A DNA stretch of 63,879 bases, counting the filler, from Diploschistes diacapsis (Eukaryota), in NCBI GenBank assembly GCA_023645945.1. It is 5 parts of 5 records of this genome, joined end to end, with 100 filler letters (N's around TTAATTAATTAA, not from the genome) between each part and the next. Parts side by side here need not be neighbours in the genome. Positions count along the whole stretch, not along the records: positions 24,598 to 55,689 come from JALAIB010000120.1; 4 more parts are not named here. The stretch is one strand, 5' to 3'. The notes under the pieces are model-generated. The model made no database searches and had not been told where the DNA came from. It saw only the letters and a list, made by a program, of their open reading frames with translations. This document shows, one piece after another, positions 33,053 to 46,071 of this stretch. The position numbers and the translations under genes are program-made. The stretch's first letter is position 1. Every line of letters begins with the position of its first letter.

Positions 33053-35581
33053 TTATCCCATCCTAACATCATCCCCTTCAATAGCTCTAGGTCCCGAGCC
33101 TGATCCATGGGACGTTGTTACGTAGCGATACCTTGGCCTGCCCGGCTCACCGTACATTTGTGCGCCATATGGGTCTTCTGGTCGTACACTCACTTCTCTC
33201 ACTTCCCTCACATAACTTGCCCCATTTCTTGAGACATCAACAAAACGATGCTGTTCCGGCTGCACAGTAGTCACGCGTTGGTACCTATCGTTGGGCACAA
33301 CATAATGAACTTCTTGCGGGCGGACACTGGGCATTCTTGCAATGCTTTCGCGAGGCCTCTGAAAATCTTCGTATCGCTCGACTCGTCTGTCCTGTGGATT
33401 TTCTACTACCCGAATAACCTCGTTTCTGCTTCGACCTTCGGCTTCGTACATTACTCGGCCCGGCGCAGGCTGTAAAGAAGCCCGATACTGAACATACTGT
33501 GGTGAGGGAGGCTGTGGTGAGTTGTACCCTCTAGTATATCCATCATCGTGATAGACTCTCACATTCTCTGGTCTGACGCTTCCCCTAGCCGTCGGAACTT
33601 GGTCAAGGTACCTAGGGACTTGAGGGGCATACCGTGCTTCTGGCATCACTGAAGCCCGTCTGTCGGATACAGGCGCTTCGTACCGTCTGTTGCCGCGAGT
33701 ATCTTCAAGTAACTGTCCGTGAGGCGGACCCATCGAGATTGATTCGGGCTCTGGCGGTGGCTGACGAACATACTGAACGATCGGAGATGCACGACGGTCA
33801 TCGGCAAGGTAAGCTGGACGCTGTGGCTGGACAGAGGCTCGATAGACAGCTTGCGGCGGTTCTTCAAGGGGAGCTGCGTAATGTGACATAGCTCTTGCAG
33901 AACGTGGTTGTTCAGAAACACTCACAAAGCCTTCCATTGGTGATACAGGCCGTTCGATGTATCTTGTACTAACCACACGACGAAGGTCTGGCTCTCTGTA
34001 TAAAGCTTGGTGAGAAATGGGACCAGATACTACACGTCGAACGGAAGGGGAAGAAACACGACGGAGGCCGGATCCATCCAGGTTATGGTGGTCATCACGC
34101 ATCGGCTGATAGACAACGCGTTCTCTGTGCCGAGGCGACGGAGGCCCCATTCCAAGAGGTCGCCTAACCTCTTCGTGCTGAAATGTGCGGCTCGGGGGCA
34201 AAGGCATAGCCTGAATGGAAGGTGGGGAAACCGGCTCTTCTTTGATGTAGGGTACAGGAGACTCGATATGTCGTCGGGGTGCAACATTTCTCGAAGCATC
34301 GTTGACATCAAGTTCACGTCTGCGCTTCCTGGCCCTGGAAGGAGCCCCGACAACAGGCGTATGCTGGTCACTGGTCTGTTGTCTTGCTTGACGCGGAGAG
34401 TTCTCACCTATATCCGGACGTATACGTTCAACTCTAGATACTTTTGCGACAGCCAAGGGCGATACACGAGACGGCTGTGGGGCAGCTGGGGATGTTATAT
34501 GGTTCCGCACGATCCTCCCCTCTTTGCTTTGAGGGCTCACACGCCTTGGTTGACGGCCTTCTGCTTGGGATCTTGTCCTTTGCATATTACGTTCACCCTG
34601 AGTCCGCGGACCCTGCTCGTGCGGAGGTCGCCTATTGTAATCGTCAACCGGGGCCTGGAAAGCGGGACTGTATGGTGCATCCTCGACAAGTTCCCCGGAT
34701 TCTCTGCTATCATAAGTAGGGGAGTCACGTATTTTTCCGCCTCTCGCGGTAAATCCTTGTGCAGTGGTCCGGGCATTTGGGACAGGTTCGCGCTCTGAGG
34801 TTTCGGCGTGGGCTACCTGAAGCTTTTGCTTGAATGCTGGGTCATGTGAGAACGTACAATTATTTCCCTTCTTGCAGGATCCTTCAAAGTAGAAACGGCA
34901 AGGCTTGGTAGCTCTTCTCTTCGGATGGCCCTCAACTTCGCCGTCCTCGGCGGACTCGTTGGCTTGGCTCGAGTAATATGTGTTATCATCCACAGTGTCG
35001 CTTGAAGATACCTGCCGATTCGCAAGATTTGCATCACCAACGTCGATAGGTTTGACCAACTCTTGCGCTTGATAGAATACCTCCGATACGTCAAAGTCTG
35101 GCAGGATATCTTGGTTAGATTCGCGCTGCCTCGATGCATGACTTCTCTGCTTTATCTGTTCTTGCAGTGATCTCTCAATACGTTGCCGTTCTAATTTCAT
35201 TTTGGCTTTGACAACAACTTCGGATTCCTGCAGAAATATTGGGTTTAGGCCAGAAGCATGCGGTACGGGCGAAATAGGTTTTGCTGTTAGATTTGATGAT
35301 TGATTAGCGAAGACCTTGGAGTTAGTTATAGCAATATCATTCAATGCTGGCAGCGCATGGCTCCCACCATTAGGCAACACAGGCAAAGTAACTGGCGGTA
35401 AGGTAGCAGCAGTATCCTCCTCCAGCAAAGGGACAGGAAGTTTTATCCTTGGATGCTTGCCAGCAATTATTTCATCACGCAGAGACAGAATTCGGTCGTA
35501 TTGCGCAAGCTCAGCGCTCGGGGTCAGAGGCTGATGAGAAAACCCGTTGCTTTGCTGCAGGAGAATTACTGCCTCCGCCAT
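33053..35581 (-). CDS. Large low-complexity protein with one CCCH zinc finger
   Basis: Uninterrupted 2.5-kb ORF; CRFYFEGSCKKGNNCTFSH (C-x7-C-x5-C-x3-H); N-terminal LRDEIIAGKHPRIK; Arg/Pro/Ser-rich remainder. First ATG at 35581. Confidence 0.8.
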   Translation of the reverse strand: MAEAVILLQQSNGFSHQPLTPSAELAQYDRILSLRDEIIAGKHPRIKLPVPLLEEDTAATLPPVTLPVLPNGGSHALPALNDIAITNSKVFANQSSNLTAKPISPVPHASGLNPIFLQESEVVVKAKMKLERQRIERSLQEQIKQRSHASRQRESNQDILPDFDVSEVFYQAQELVKPIDVGDANLANRQVSSSDTVDDNTYYSSQANESAEDGEVEGHPKRRATKPCRFYFEGSCKKGNNCTFSHDPAFKQKLQVAHAETSEREPVPNARTTAQGFTARGGKIRDSPTYDSRESGELVEDAPYSPAFQAPVDDYNRRPPHEQGPRTQGERNMQRTRSQAEGRQPRRVSPQSKEGRIVRNHITSPAAPQPSRVSPLAVAKVSRVERIRPDIGENSPRQARQQTSDQHTPVVGAPSRARKRRRELDVNDASRNVAPRRHIESPVPYIKEEPVSPPSIQAMPLPPSRTFQHEEVRRPLGMGPPSPRHRERVVYQPMRDDHHNLDGSGLRRVSSPSVRRVVSGPISHQALYREPDLRRVVSTRYIERPVSPMEGFVSVSEQPRSARAMSHYAAPLEEPPQAVYRASVQPQRPAYLADDRRASPIVQYVRQPPPEPESISMGPPHGQLLEDTRGNRRYEAPVSDRRASVMPEARYAPQVPRYLDQVPTARGSVRPENVRVYHDDGYTRGYNSPQPPSPQYVQYRASLQPAPGRVMYEAEGRSRNEVIRVVENPQDRRVERYEDFQRPRESIARMPSVRPQEVHYVVPNDRYQRVTTVQPEQHRFVDVSRNGASYVREVREVSVRPEDPYGAQMYGEPGRPRYRYVTTSHGSGSGPRAIEGDDVRMG

Positions 35582-36427
35582 GTTGGCAGAAACCCAATGC
35601 TTCTTGCACTTGGGGAAAGCACCGATTCGCAAGATGCGAGAGATCGAAGGGATATGATTCTACAGCAGCTTTATCCGGGTAATACCTTGCAAGAGAAGGA
35701 AGAAAGAAACGAAAAGAACAGTGGCCAAGAAGTAATGAAGTGGTGACAAGTCGAGTAAGAGCAAAAAAGCAAAAAAATGCCAACGTATTAAGAATTAGAG
35801 ATTCTACTTGTGATTACTAACGGAATTAGTGCTGAGTTTGATTTACGCTAAGATCCAGTACTATTTTACTTCTATAACCTCTCAGCCTTAAGAATCATGT
35901 AACAACCATTGAATACGGCTGAAGAGCTGCCCTACAAGATCTTGGTGGCCATCGCAGGCTCAGTTTAAAGGTACAGACGCAACTACTAGGCACAGGTAGG
36001 TACCAGGTGTTATCGCCATATTACAGAATCCATGCTATAGCAGTAAGTACCTATACTGTGGTCTTGCTCATATACTGCATCCAGTTAGTTCAAATACTGT
36101 TGGGGTCTTTTTGGCACAGATTGTTAGATTAAATTCCTGCTTGTAGGAATAGAGGCAAAGAGCAGGGACTGAACGAGCTAAACAGTTGGGAAACAATAGA
36201 GGTTGTTATGCTAGTTCTAACGTCTGTGATAGGTATGTACCCAGTAATGGCAGCATCCATCACACCATCTGTCGCCATCATCGACTACATCAAGCTTGTC
36301 CTGACACATTATAACATTATAATATACAGTTCATAGTCTCTGCTGCACGTTCTTTTCAGGATAATCCGCTTGCATCAGCACCCTGATCCTCGCCTCTTTT
36401 CATTCTTATAACCAAAGGCCCCAACAC

Positions 36428-37748
36428 TCATAGCTGCTCATTCACAAACAAGCCAGCCATTCCTTGTCCCGTACCAATGCACATGCTCGTCAACAGAATC
36501 TGCTTCCTCTGTCTCCTGCACTCGCTCAGTCCCGTCACAATCTGCCTCGCGCCCGTTGCACCAAGCGGGTGGCCGAGCGCAATGGCTCCGCCCCTCACAT
36601 TCAATTTCTCGTGGTCAATCTTTAAGATATCCTTGCAGTACACCGCCATTGACGCGAACGCCTCGTTAATCTCAATAATTTCAATATCTTGGTGAATGTC
36701 GAGATTTAATCTGGTCAGCAGCTTCGGAATCGCCACGCTCGGTCCGATGCCCATGATCCTGGGTGGCACGCCCGCCACGGTCGCGGCAACAAACTTGCCA
36801 AGGATCGGCTGCCCCAGCTCTTGCGCCTTGGAGCGCTTCATCATCAGGATCGCTGCCGCGCCGTCCGTCACCTGCGAGCTGTTGCCGCCCGTGCTCTTGT
36901 CTCCAAACTGCTTGAACGCCGGACGTACCTTCTGTAGCACCTCGAACGTGGTGCCCCATCGTGGTCCTTCGTCCTTGGTGAGCGTCACCTCCTTCTCTTC
37001 GCCCGTCTTCGGATCCTTGACCTTGGCCCTGAACGGTACGATCTCATCGTCGAACCACCCGGACTTCTGAGCCTTCTCCGCACGCTGGTACGACTCTGCC
37101 GCGAATCGGTCCTGCAGCTCCCGCGTGATATTGAAATCTCGGCCGACGTTCTCAGAGGTCTGCCCCATAGGCTGCATGCAGTCCCGCCCGTCCGGGTGCG
37201 CGAGGATCGCATCCGTGAAGGGCTTTTCGAGCCGGTCCCCACCCTCGCTCATGCTCTCTGCGCCAATCGCCAGGCCGCACTCGATACTACCTACAACAAT
37301 CTGATTCGCAATATCTTGGACGGCCTTCAGGCCAGAAGAACAGAAGCGGTTCACCGCCGAAGCGGCAGAGGTTGTGGGGATACCGGCAGCGAGGGAGGCG
37401 GCGCGGGCGATAGAGGCGGCTCTACCGTTGGAGACGTTACCGAGGCAGACATCCTCGATCAATTCTGGGTTGAGCTTAGAGAGGCGGAGTGCGTCTTTGA
37501 TTATGGTGAGGACCATCAGGTCGAGCCCGGTGTCTTTGAGGCCGCCCTTGCCGGCTTTGCAGAGAGGAGTGCGGATGGCGAGGGTGATGACGATGTCATC
37601 GGGGTTTTTCTGGGTGCTGAGGGAAGAAGTTAGTAACGATGTGAAATGCCTGAAGCCAGAATCAATATTCTGGTACGTACTATGTGGATGCGCCGGATTT
37701 GGAGGGGGAGAGTTGTTTGAGTATCGACCCGAGTCTTTCTGTCGCCAT
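36428..37748 (-). CDS. POT1: Peroxisomal 3-ketoacyl-CoA thiolase, 2 exons
   Basis: NRFCSSGL, NEAFA, GGAIALGHPLGATG, MCIGTGQG. N-terminus MATERLGSILKQL carries a PTS2 (RL-x5-QL) and joins through intron 37680-37617. Confidence 0.93.
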
Positions 37749-37945
37749 TGTTGCTGGTTACTTGTCACAGGGAGTGCCTGAAATCGTTTCGAAAGCGTTA
37801 GAGGTGAGAGTAAGAGAATTGTTCAACTTGAAAATACTTTGCTTTAATCACAATGGACGAGGAGGGAAAAGAAAAGAAAAGGAAAGGAAACTGTCATTCA
37901 AGTCGTAATCCCATCATAAGGTCCGTTTACCCAGCAGCGGAGATG

Positions 37946-37951
37946 CCGAGG
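37946..37951. promoter_or_regulatory. FarA/FarB (Ctf1) fatty-acid response motif CCTCGG
   Basis: CCGAGG about 200 bp upstream of the thiolase ATG; this hexamer is the established site in fungal beta-oxidation promoters. Confidence 0.5.
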
Positions 37952-39554
37952 CACGTTCAACGGTGGCGACTTCGGCAAATCTCGGCAGCAGTTGGATGAG
38001 TGATCGGAAAGACACGGCTGTTTCTCCATGACTAAGCGGGAGAAAGAGTTTAGCCCTTTCAGTTGGCTGTTGAACTCCTGTCCGGGATTCTGTACATGCA
38101 TGGTGCGAGCAGTAGATGCTTCGGGGTGCTGCATAGGATTACTGATTACTGCATCCTACGTACAGAATAGTCCTTTGCTGGGGTTGCTATATGCTGCTGT
38201 CTCGTGAACCGTGCCAAGGCTGCATTTGAATAACTAGTCCGGTGCCGGGTGGGACGATACACATGGTGGCTGGTGTTTCCGGTCGTTCAAGAAGATTGGT
38301 CGAGGACTCTCATCCCATCAGAGACTGGAGAAGAGGGCATAATGGCGAGTTTTGATCAAGCAAGGGTTACCGAAGCACACGGGCGAGTACAGCGTAATTT
38401 GTATTGTCCGTATCCGTCTTACACCCGTCTCACTGAAAGTAAAAAAGCTGTCAACAACGCGGGGCGGGCCGGTAGCCACTCATTACAAGACAAGGAAGTG
38501 AGGTGCTTCAAGCAAAAGGGGAGGAAAAGAATAACGATGACGGGAGAATTTACGCACCGCACTTTAAGTGCATAAAAGAAGTGCATAAAAGTTGTGCCTA
38601 AGGTTTGGGGAGGGAACAACTTTTATCACCACTCAAAGACAATCTTCTCACGTACAACTACTTCTGCTTTCAGCTTCAAAGCACGACCCGCGGGAGACAA
38701 TACTCGCACAGAACATGCGGAAGCAAAGCGGTCACGCTATGCTATTGGAGGCTGCATCGTGCATCGAATATTCGTTGTTATTAGCAAGGGGTGATGATCA
38801 ATAGGACGCTTTCCCAGGTACCATGCACACCCCATCATGTCCTACCATTCCCCCTCAATCTCTTATAGTCCCAGAAGCGCAAACGAAAGGGGAGCCGACA
38901 TGGCGACCTGCTCCTCCCGAGCTAGCTAGCGTTCTTTTTTCTCGAAGAGCCTCTCTCCAGATCAGTCTCACGTTCAGAGTTATGGGGACTACTTACCATC
39001 GCCGAGCGTTTTGCCCCCCATGATGGAGAAAGAATTGCGAGGCATTTCGTACCATTAGACACACTATCTTACCCGACGAGAGCACTTGAGACCACTGGCT
39101 GCTCGATCCCTGCCACGGTATCTCTCATGTTTGCTGCTATATCCGAACTGGCGTGACAGGTAATCCGATTGTACGGGTTGAGACACGCCTGTACGCCAGA
39201 AAAATCCCAGAAATCAATGAATGATGACGCCGAGAAGAAATGGACCTACCGGCTAGCCAGAGGATTCAACATACCGTACCCGCACTTATGGAGCTGCATT
39301 TTGCAGGGTCAGCACGTAGGAAATTTCTTGTTCTTTGTATCATTCTTCGAAGCCTTCCCCCGAGTCTTCTGTTTATATATATGCAGCGCTTCGCGAGTTC
39401 TACTCTTGTCGTTTTTGCACCTTGTCTGGACTCGGTTGCGCGATCTCTAGGCCTGCTTCTTTGAGTTCTATACATGCCATGAACGCTGAATGCTTCTGAT
39501 TATGCGCGAGCTCTGATTGCCTTGTATTTGGTGCAGATTGCACTAGGTTCGAGG

Positions 39555-41088
39555 ATGGCTATATCTGACGATCAAATTCTCTTTGGTACTCCCTTGGACA
39601 ACGATATTACCACCAACAAGACCTCCTTGATCACTTCCACGGCGATCGCTCTCATCGTTCTTACTTTTGCGGCTGTAGTATTAAGGTTTCTTTCACGATG
39701 GGTCATCAGAGTTCCATTCCTGCTCGACGACTGGTTGATACTAGCAGCGCTGGTCGGTCTATCCCCATAATGAGCTGCTTGTTCTCATTCGTACATAGCC
39801 CTTCGCCTTGACTCTGCCGGCGATCGATATGTATGGGGCGACTTTGGGCTACTTTGGACGTCACTTATTGGTTGCACCTGACCCATTGGGCTATCTTCCG
39901 GTCTTCTTAAAAGGCATGTTCGTCTACGACATTTGCTACAACTTTGCCATAGCCCTTACCAAGCTTTCCCTACTGGCCATTTACTGGCGCATTTTCCACA
40001 CCAAATCCGTCCAGCTTCCTCTCCTCATAACGGCCGGCGCCACGATGGCATGGCTGGTAGCCTGTGTACGAGCGAGCCCCCAGAGTCCCAGACATGGTTG
40101 CTAAGACGTGGTGGCAGACGCTTGTAGCTATTTTCTCGTGCGTACCAGTCGCGGGATTTTGGGACCCTACCGTCCCGTCGACATGCATCAATAATCTCTT
40201 ATTCTGGCTCGGCCAAGCCGTCTGCAACATCGTCCTTGATATTGTTTTACTAGCGATTCCAGTCTTTCGCGTTGTCAAGCTTTCCATTTCCACATCTCAA
40301 AAAGTCGCCGTATCCGGCATCTTCTTAATCGGAGCATTGTGAGTGTGCCGAAGTCTTTCCGAGGAGGTTTTGACTACACTCCGTACAGTTATGCTGACGG
40401 GGAGGGCAGTACCACCATATGCTCAGCTCTACGACTTAATGAACTCATTCGCTCGCTCAACGTTCCCACCCAAGACCCTACTCTCGAGCTTGTTGGTGCC
40501 GGCGTGTGGTCCATCATCGAAAGCAGCCTTTCCATCGTCTGCGCTTGCCTGCCCACCATGCGCCCACTCCTCCGCCTCATCCTTTCCGGCAGTCCTTACC
40601 CAACGACGGGCAACAATCCACCGGCACAGACGGGAAATGCGTGCTACAGCCGCTCTAATTCGAGGGCAACGAGCAGGACGCCTAGCAATTGGCCTTTGCA
40701 GAAGAGGATCTCGGGCTTGGCCAGCCCCCAGCGGTCCAGTTTCCGCCTCTCGCAGCCCGACGGTGCGCACATTGCGCCTCCCAGCCCGGCAAACGGTGGA
40801 GCATGGGAAGGGTGGGGTGAGCGTCCGCTCATGCAGAATGCAAGGTCCTTTGCCACAAACCGGTATCATACCTCTGCAACGGCTGGAAATAAGGGAGAGT
40901 GTGGGGATATAGAGATGACGGATCGAGGCTATGGTGGTGGTGACGGTAGCGTTGGGGGCAGTGGCGGTGTGGGCGTGGCGAGGACAACGGCCTTTGACGA
41001 AGTCAGTGAGAACGAAAATAGTGTGACCACGGAAGACACTGACACGTTCAAGCACCTGGAGGACACGCGGCCCGTTGACGGCTTTTGA
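39555..41088 (+). CDS. PTH11-like GPCR / fungal rhodopsin-family membrane protein without CFEM domain, 4 exons
   Basis: VVLRFLSR…LDDWLILAAL, KLSLLAIYWRIF, CVPVAGFWD, NIVLDIVLLAIP, WSIIESSLSIVCACLPTMRPL. Introns 39753-39798, 40066-40117, 40339-40409. Confidence 0.9.
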
Positions 41089-42011
41089 TTAACCTGTGGA
41101 ACGAGAAAGCAAGAGGCTCGAGTTCTCCACCACGAAAATGGTTACACCTGTTCGCTGTACTAGGTATACAGCGACGGTCAAGTTCTTTGGCATGCACGGA
41201 TACCTCGGGCCGGTGGGCGGCTATTATGTTGTCAATCTAGCGAAGCGACGGGAGTCTTGCGGTTTGGATCGTTACTGGAAAAGCACGGGCGGCTGCTCTG
41301 TTTCTGATCCTGTCTCGGATAAATGATGGGCTGCTAGGACGCAGCGGGGCTACCTACGTGTAGCTGGCGAGTATGTGTACTAATACGTGTACGATGACTC
41401 GAATACTCTGGTGATAGACTGTCGACACCATCTGTCCTGTCAGTATTTCTTCCCCGTTAGATTGTATCCTGCTGGCCTTGCGCTGTGACCCTTAGCTATC
41501 CACTGCAATGCACGCTCGTCCTCTACCCTTTACGCCTCCCACGAGAAACGTTCATCCATGTTCTTTCCCTCCCGCGACAACTAGGATCATTTCGAGGTTT
41601 GATGTTCCGAAGACAGCACCTTTCCAGAAACCCAGGAGGACCCGACTCAAAACAATTGTCCCATCTCCTTTAAACCTCGGTACTGGACCATGGCGAACCG
41701 AAATCCTTCTCAGGCTGCAGACCCGTTACCTCCAGTAGACCAACGATTCGATTCGAGTCGGTGATTTTTATTGAATCCCACAGCCGTACATTCCACGGCC
41801 AGCACCGTTGCTTCATTCGCCTACTCTATGCTGCAGACGCGTCGACTCAGAACCGCCGGAACCAATTTCATTACACTTCGGGGGGCCGATGGTTACTGTT
41901 GCGCTGAAGCTCCTCTTGGGTGGTCGGTCCATAGACTTATCCTTCCTTGTCATCTCCGGCGCTGTTACCTCGCCTGTTCGTTTGTATATCTTAGCACTTA
42001 TCAACCGCCTT

Positions 42012-42032
42012 TCTCTCTCACTCACTCACTCA

Positions 42033-42106
<74 letters not shown>
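42012..42106. repeat. (CT)n microsatellite preceded by (CACT)n
   Basis: Directly visible, about 70 nt of near-perfect CT. Confidence 0.95.
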
Positions 42107-42113
<7 letters not shown>

Positions 42114-42368
42114 CCTTCCTATTCCTCCCCTCCAACCCCCTTTCTTCTCTCCTGGAACCCAGCGGAAAGCGAAACAGAACAGAAATGAACACCGCAACAC
42201 CAAAAAAAGGGAAAATGATAACGAAAGTGGTCGCTGCTTAGAGGCGTCGATTAGGATAGGAAATATCTCTTCCAACCCCAAACCCTCCTTTTGCCCAGTT
42301 TCCCCCTCTTTGCCGTTTCCCACAAGGATCGGCACACCAAGAGTAGCTGGCACGGGGACTGATGCTTG

Positions 42369-42403
42369 GGGAACGGAGGCAGGGAACGGAGGCAGGGAAC
42401 GGA
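42369..42403. repeat. 13-bp tandem repeat GGGAACGGAGGCA (about 2.7 copies) followed by poly-A tracts
   Basis: Directly visible. Confidence 0.8.
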
Positions 42404-43082
42404 AGAAAAAAAACCCCCAAAAAAAAAAAAAAAAAAGGGGGTGGGAGGTGAAGGTTGGGAAGATGGAGGGGTGGAGGCGGAGGTAAAGAAGAAGAGAGAA
42501 GCCAAAACGGTCGGAGGAAGAACAAAGTAAAAAGTTGCTCCTCGCAGGAGGACAAAGGAGGGCGCCCCGTTCCACGGCGGCTCCATAACGTAAATCTACT
42601 TCCTTTTTTTCCAGTATGATTACTGTATTTCCTTTCCATTCTCTTCTTGTATTTTACTTTCATTTTCCTTCCTTCTTCTTCTTCTTCATCATCATCCTCC
42701 CTTGGTTCGGGTTATATCAAGTTTATCAATTTCTGAACTAAGGGGTATATGACGGGAGGAGCCTACTTGAAGACACTTCCCTTACCATGAGGCTTAATCC
42801 TCTGCATTGTTTGCAATGGTGTACTGAAACGTCTCTTATGGGACGCCTTGAATTTCTCTACCCCAGTAGGTATGAATAACTGGTTACATGGTACTAGAAG
42901 GGTGCAATGTCTGGTCCACGCTATCTCTAGGTCAGTCCCGCTTCTTCCTGTCCAACATTCAATGCATGCGCTTTTATTGTCAGTTCAAGTCTATGCAAGT
43001 CTAGAGATCTAGGTGCGCAGGTGCGGTCTTCCCATCTTTACGCCTCTTCTCCCCCCTTTTTCGCAAAATCAAGTACCCATAT

Positions 43083-46071
43083 CTACCTCTTTCCCGGTTT
43101 CAATGGCTCAATGTTCCAGATGCTCTCCGCGTACTCCTCAATGCAGCGGTCGCTGGAGAAGAAGCCCATTCGAGACACACTGGTGATGCACTTGGTCGTC
43201 CACTCGTCTTGATCTTTGTACGCCTCGTCCACGAGCTTCTGCGTATGATTGTAGCTGTTGAAGTCGTCGCTGACAAGATAGTAGTCGCCGTGGTCGGTGA
43301 CGGCTCTGACCAGTGCCGAGAACTCGTTCTGGTCACCGAAGGTGCCGCTGCGTACAGCATCGAAAACTTTACCAAGGTCCGTGTCAATGTTGTGCTGGCC
43401 GTAGGTGTGGGCATGACGAAGGTCCTCGACGTCCTCGGCGAGGTTACCGAACAGGAAGATATTGTTCTCCCCTATCTCGCGAGTGATCTCAATCTGGAAA
43501 TAGTTAGCAAAAGAAGTCGAATCGAAAGATCTTGAAGAGCGTACGTTGGCTCCATCGCAGGTACCGATGATCAAACCACCGTTCAGGACAAACTTCATGT
43601 TGGATGTACCGCTGGCTTCCGTTCCGGCGGTTGAGATGTGCTCGCTAATGTCAGATGCTGGGCAGATGATCTCGGCCTTGCTGACGTTGTAGTCCTCGAT
43701 GAAGATGACCTTGAGCAGATCGCCAACGTCCTTGTCGTTGTTGACGACCTTGCCGACGCTGTTGACCAAGTGAATGATGTTCTTGGCCATCCAGTACCCT
43801 GGAGCAGCCTTTCCACCAAATATAGACACTCTGGGAGTAAGTTTCTTGCGCTCGTCGGCGCTCATGGCTTTGATGGTCAGATATCGGTGGATGACACCAA
43901 AGATGTTGAGCTGCTGGCGTTTGTACTCGTGGATACGCTTCACCTGAATGTCGAACAGCGCCTTTGGGTTGACGCTCACACCCGTCGCGTTCATGATGTG
44001 CTGAGCCAAGCGAACCTTGTTGGCATACTTGATCCCTTGCCACTCCTTCCTGAAGGCCTTGTCGTCAACGAAATTCTCGAGCTTGTTGAGCAGCGTCAGA
44101 TCGGTCAAGAAGTCGTCGCTGCCGACCTTGGAAGCAATCAATTCCGACAATCGAGGGTTTGCCTGGTGCAGCCAGCGGCGAGGTGTGATGCCGTTGGTCA
44201 CGTTCGTGAACTTGTCTGGTCCGTAGATCTTGACAAAGTCCTTGAAGATGGTGGTTTTGATCAGATCGGAGTGAAGCTCAGCAACACCGTTGACCTTGTG
44301 AGAACCGATAATGGCCAGGTATGCCATGCGCACCATCTTCGGCTGAGACTCCTCGATGATGGAAACCTTGGTCAACATGTCACGGTCCTGTGGAAACCTT
44401 CGCTCTACCATTTGCAAGAAGTTCAGGTTCACCTCATAAATGATCTGAAGGTGGCGAGGAAGAAGATGCTGAACGAGAGGAACGGACCATTTCTCAAGGG
44501 CTTCGGGGAGTACAGTATGATTGGTGTAGCCAAACGTCTCGGTCACAATCTTCCAGGCCTCGTCCCATTCAAGGCCCTCGATATCGATAAGTATGCGCTG
44601 CAATTCGACAATGGCCAGAGTTGGGTGGGTGTCATTCAGCTGAATTGCGACTTGATCGGGGAACTCGGACCAGGCTCGCTTGGACTTTTTGAAGCGACGA
44701 ACAATGTCGTAAAGCGAAGCGGCACACCAGAAGTACTGCTGCTTCAGTCGAAGCTCCTTTCCACGCTCCAGACTATCATTGGGATACAGAACCGCAGAGA
44801 TGGTCTCCGCACGCTGCTGATCACCGACGGAGCTCTCATACTCGCCGGAATTAAACTTCTGGAAGTCGAACTCGCCCCTCGAAGCTTTACTCGACCACAA
44901 GCGCAAATTGTTGGTTGTGGCCGTCTTGTAGCCGGGGATTGGCATATCGTAAGCGACGGCATCGACAATCTCGCCACCCTCCCAGACGGCGTGTGTCTTT
45001 CCGTCCTCGTCCTGGTACTTCCTCACATAACCGTAAAATTGGATATCGACGGTGATATCGTTCCTCGGGAACTCCCAGGGATTGAAGTCGAGCCAGTAGT
45101 CCGGGATCTCAACCTGGTAACCATCCATGATCTCTTGTTTGAAAATACCGTACCGGTAGCGCAGGCCGTAACCCCACGCTGGGTAGTTGAGCGAGGCCAT
45201 GCTATCGAGGAAACATGCGGCCAAACGACCTAGACCTCCATTGCCGAGTGCAGCATCGTGCTCCTGGGAGATGACATCCTCGATTCGAAACCCAAGGTCA
45301 GCGAGTCCAGCTTTCAGGCAATTAGCCCAAGGTTCGGAGGCCAGCAATAGAGCTTACACTTCGCGACATCCTTCAGGCCGACGTTAAGCATAGCGTTGTC
45401 TAATGCTCTACCCATAAGAAATTCCAGAGAAAGATCTGTAGGGTCAACACTCCGACTTTTTTGGAGCAGTAAGAAAAAGCTTACAGTAGATTCGCTTTTG
45501 ATCAGCAAAGGTCTGACGCTGCTGCGTTCTGTTCCAGTCGATGACCAAGCGGTCTCTGAAAGCTAGGGCTGCACCAGAATAGGCGGCACTCGAGAAAGGT
45601 CAGTCCATAGTTCATGGGGACCAAAGTCCAACCTACAGAGCATCACAGTTGTAAAGCGAGCGGGCCAAGGTCGTCTCAATGTGACGGACTACCTCTTTCT
45701 GGATATCTTTAGTGGGTGCCCTGGCGTTTATATCGGCAGTAATTACCTCGAACTCTTCTTTGTTGGAGAACCCTTGAGCAGACTGGGCTTACGTTAGCGT
45801 CACGAAGGTTGTGGGAGCTGGAGTACGTACGAATTTCTTCCATCTAGGGGCTAGTTAGCAAAAAAAGCCTTCGGTATCAGTTGGAGGGGAGGACGTACGC
45901 TTCACGCTGTCCCTCGGGAATACTGGCCTCGACGCTCTTGATCTCGCCTGCTCCGAAGCCAGTGAAGACACGCTTGTGTTTTGGACGGCTGAACTCTGGG
46001 CCAATTGGCCCTTGGAGCTCAGAGATGGGAGCACTGGTAGAGGGCTTGCGTTCGCGGGTGGTAGTAGCCAT
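43083..46071 (-). CDS. GPH1: Glycogen phosphorylase, 8 exons
   Basis: LSLEFLMGR, ALGNGGLGRLAACF, QLNDTHP, KRIHEYKRQ, EASGTSNMKF (PLP lysine). Seven introns, including a 13-nt microexon at 45843-45831. Confidence 0.97.

Noticed and set aside
37749..37768. Listed thiolase N-terminus MTSNQQQW…
   Set aside because: Starts at GTG and reads through an intron; the ATG at 37748 with PTS2 is much better supported.
41771..42663. ORFs with (LS)n, (ER)n or poly-F
   Set aside because: Translations of microsatellite and poly-A tracts.
43638..45233. 531-aa ORF antisense to glycogen phosphorylase, and similar antisense ORFs over the thiolase, MMM1 and KH genes
   Set aside because: Shadow ORFs caused by GC3-biased codon usage on the coding strand; no protein motifs.
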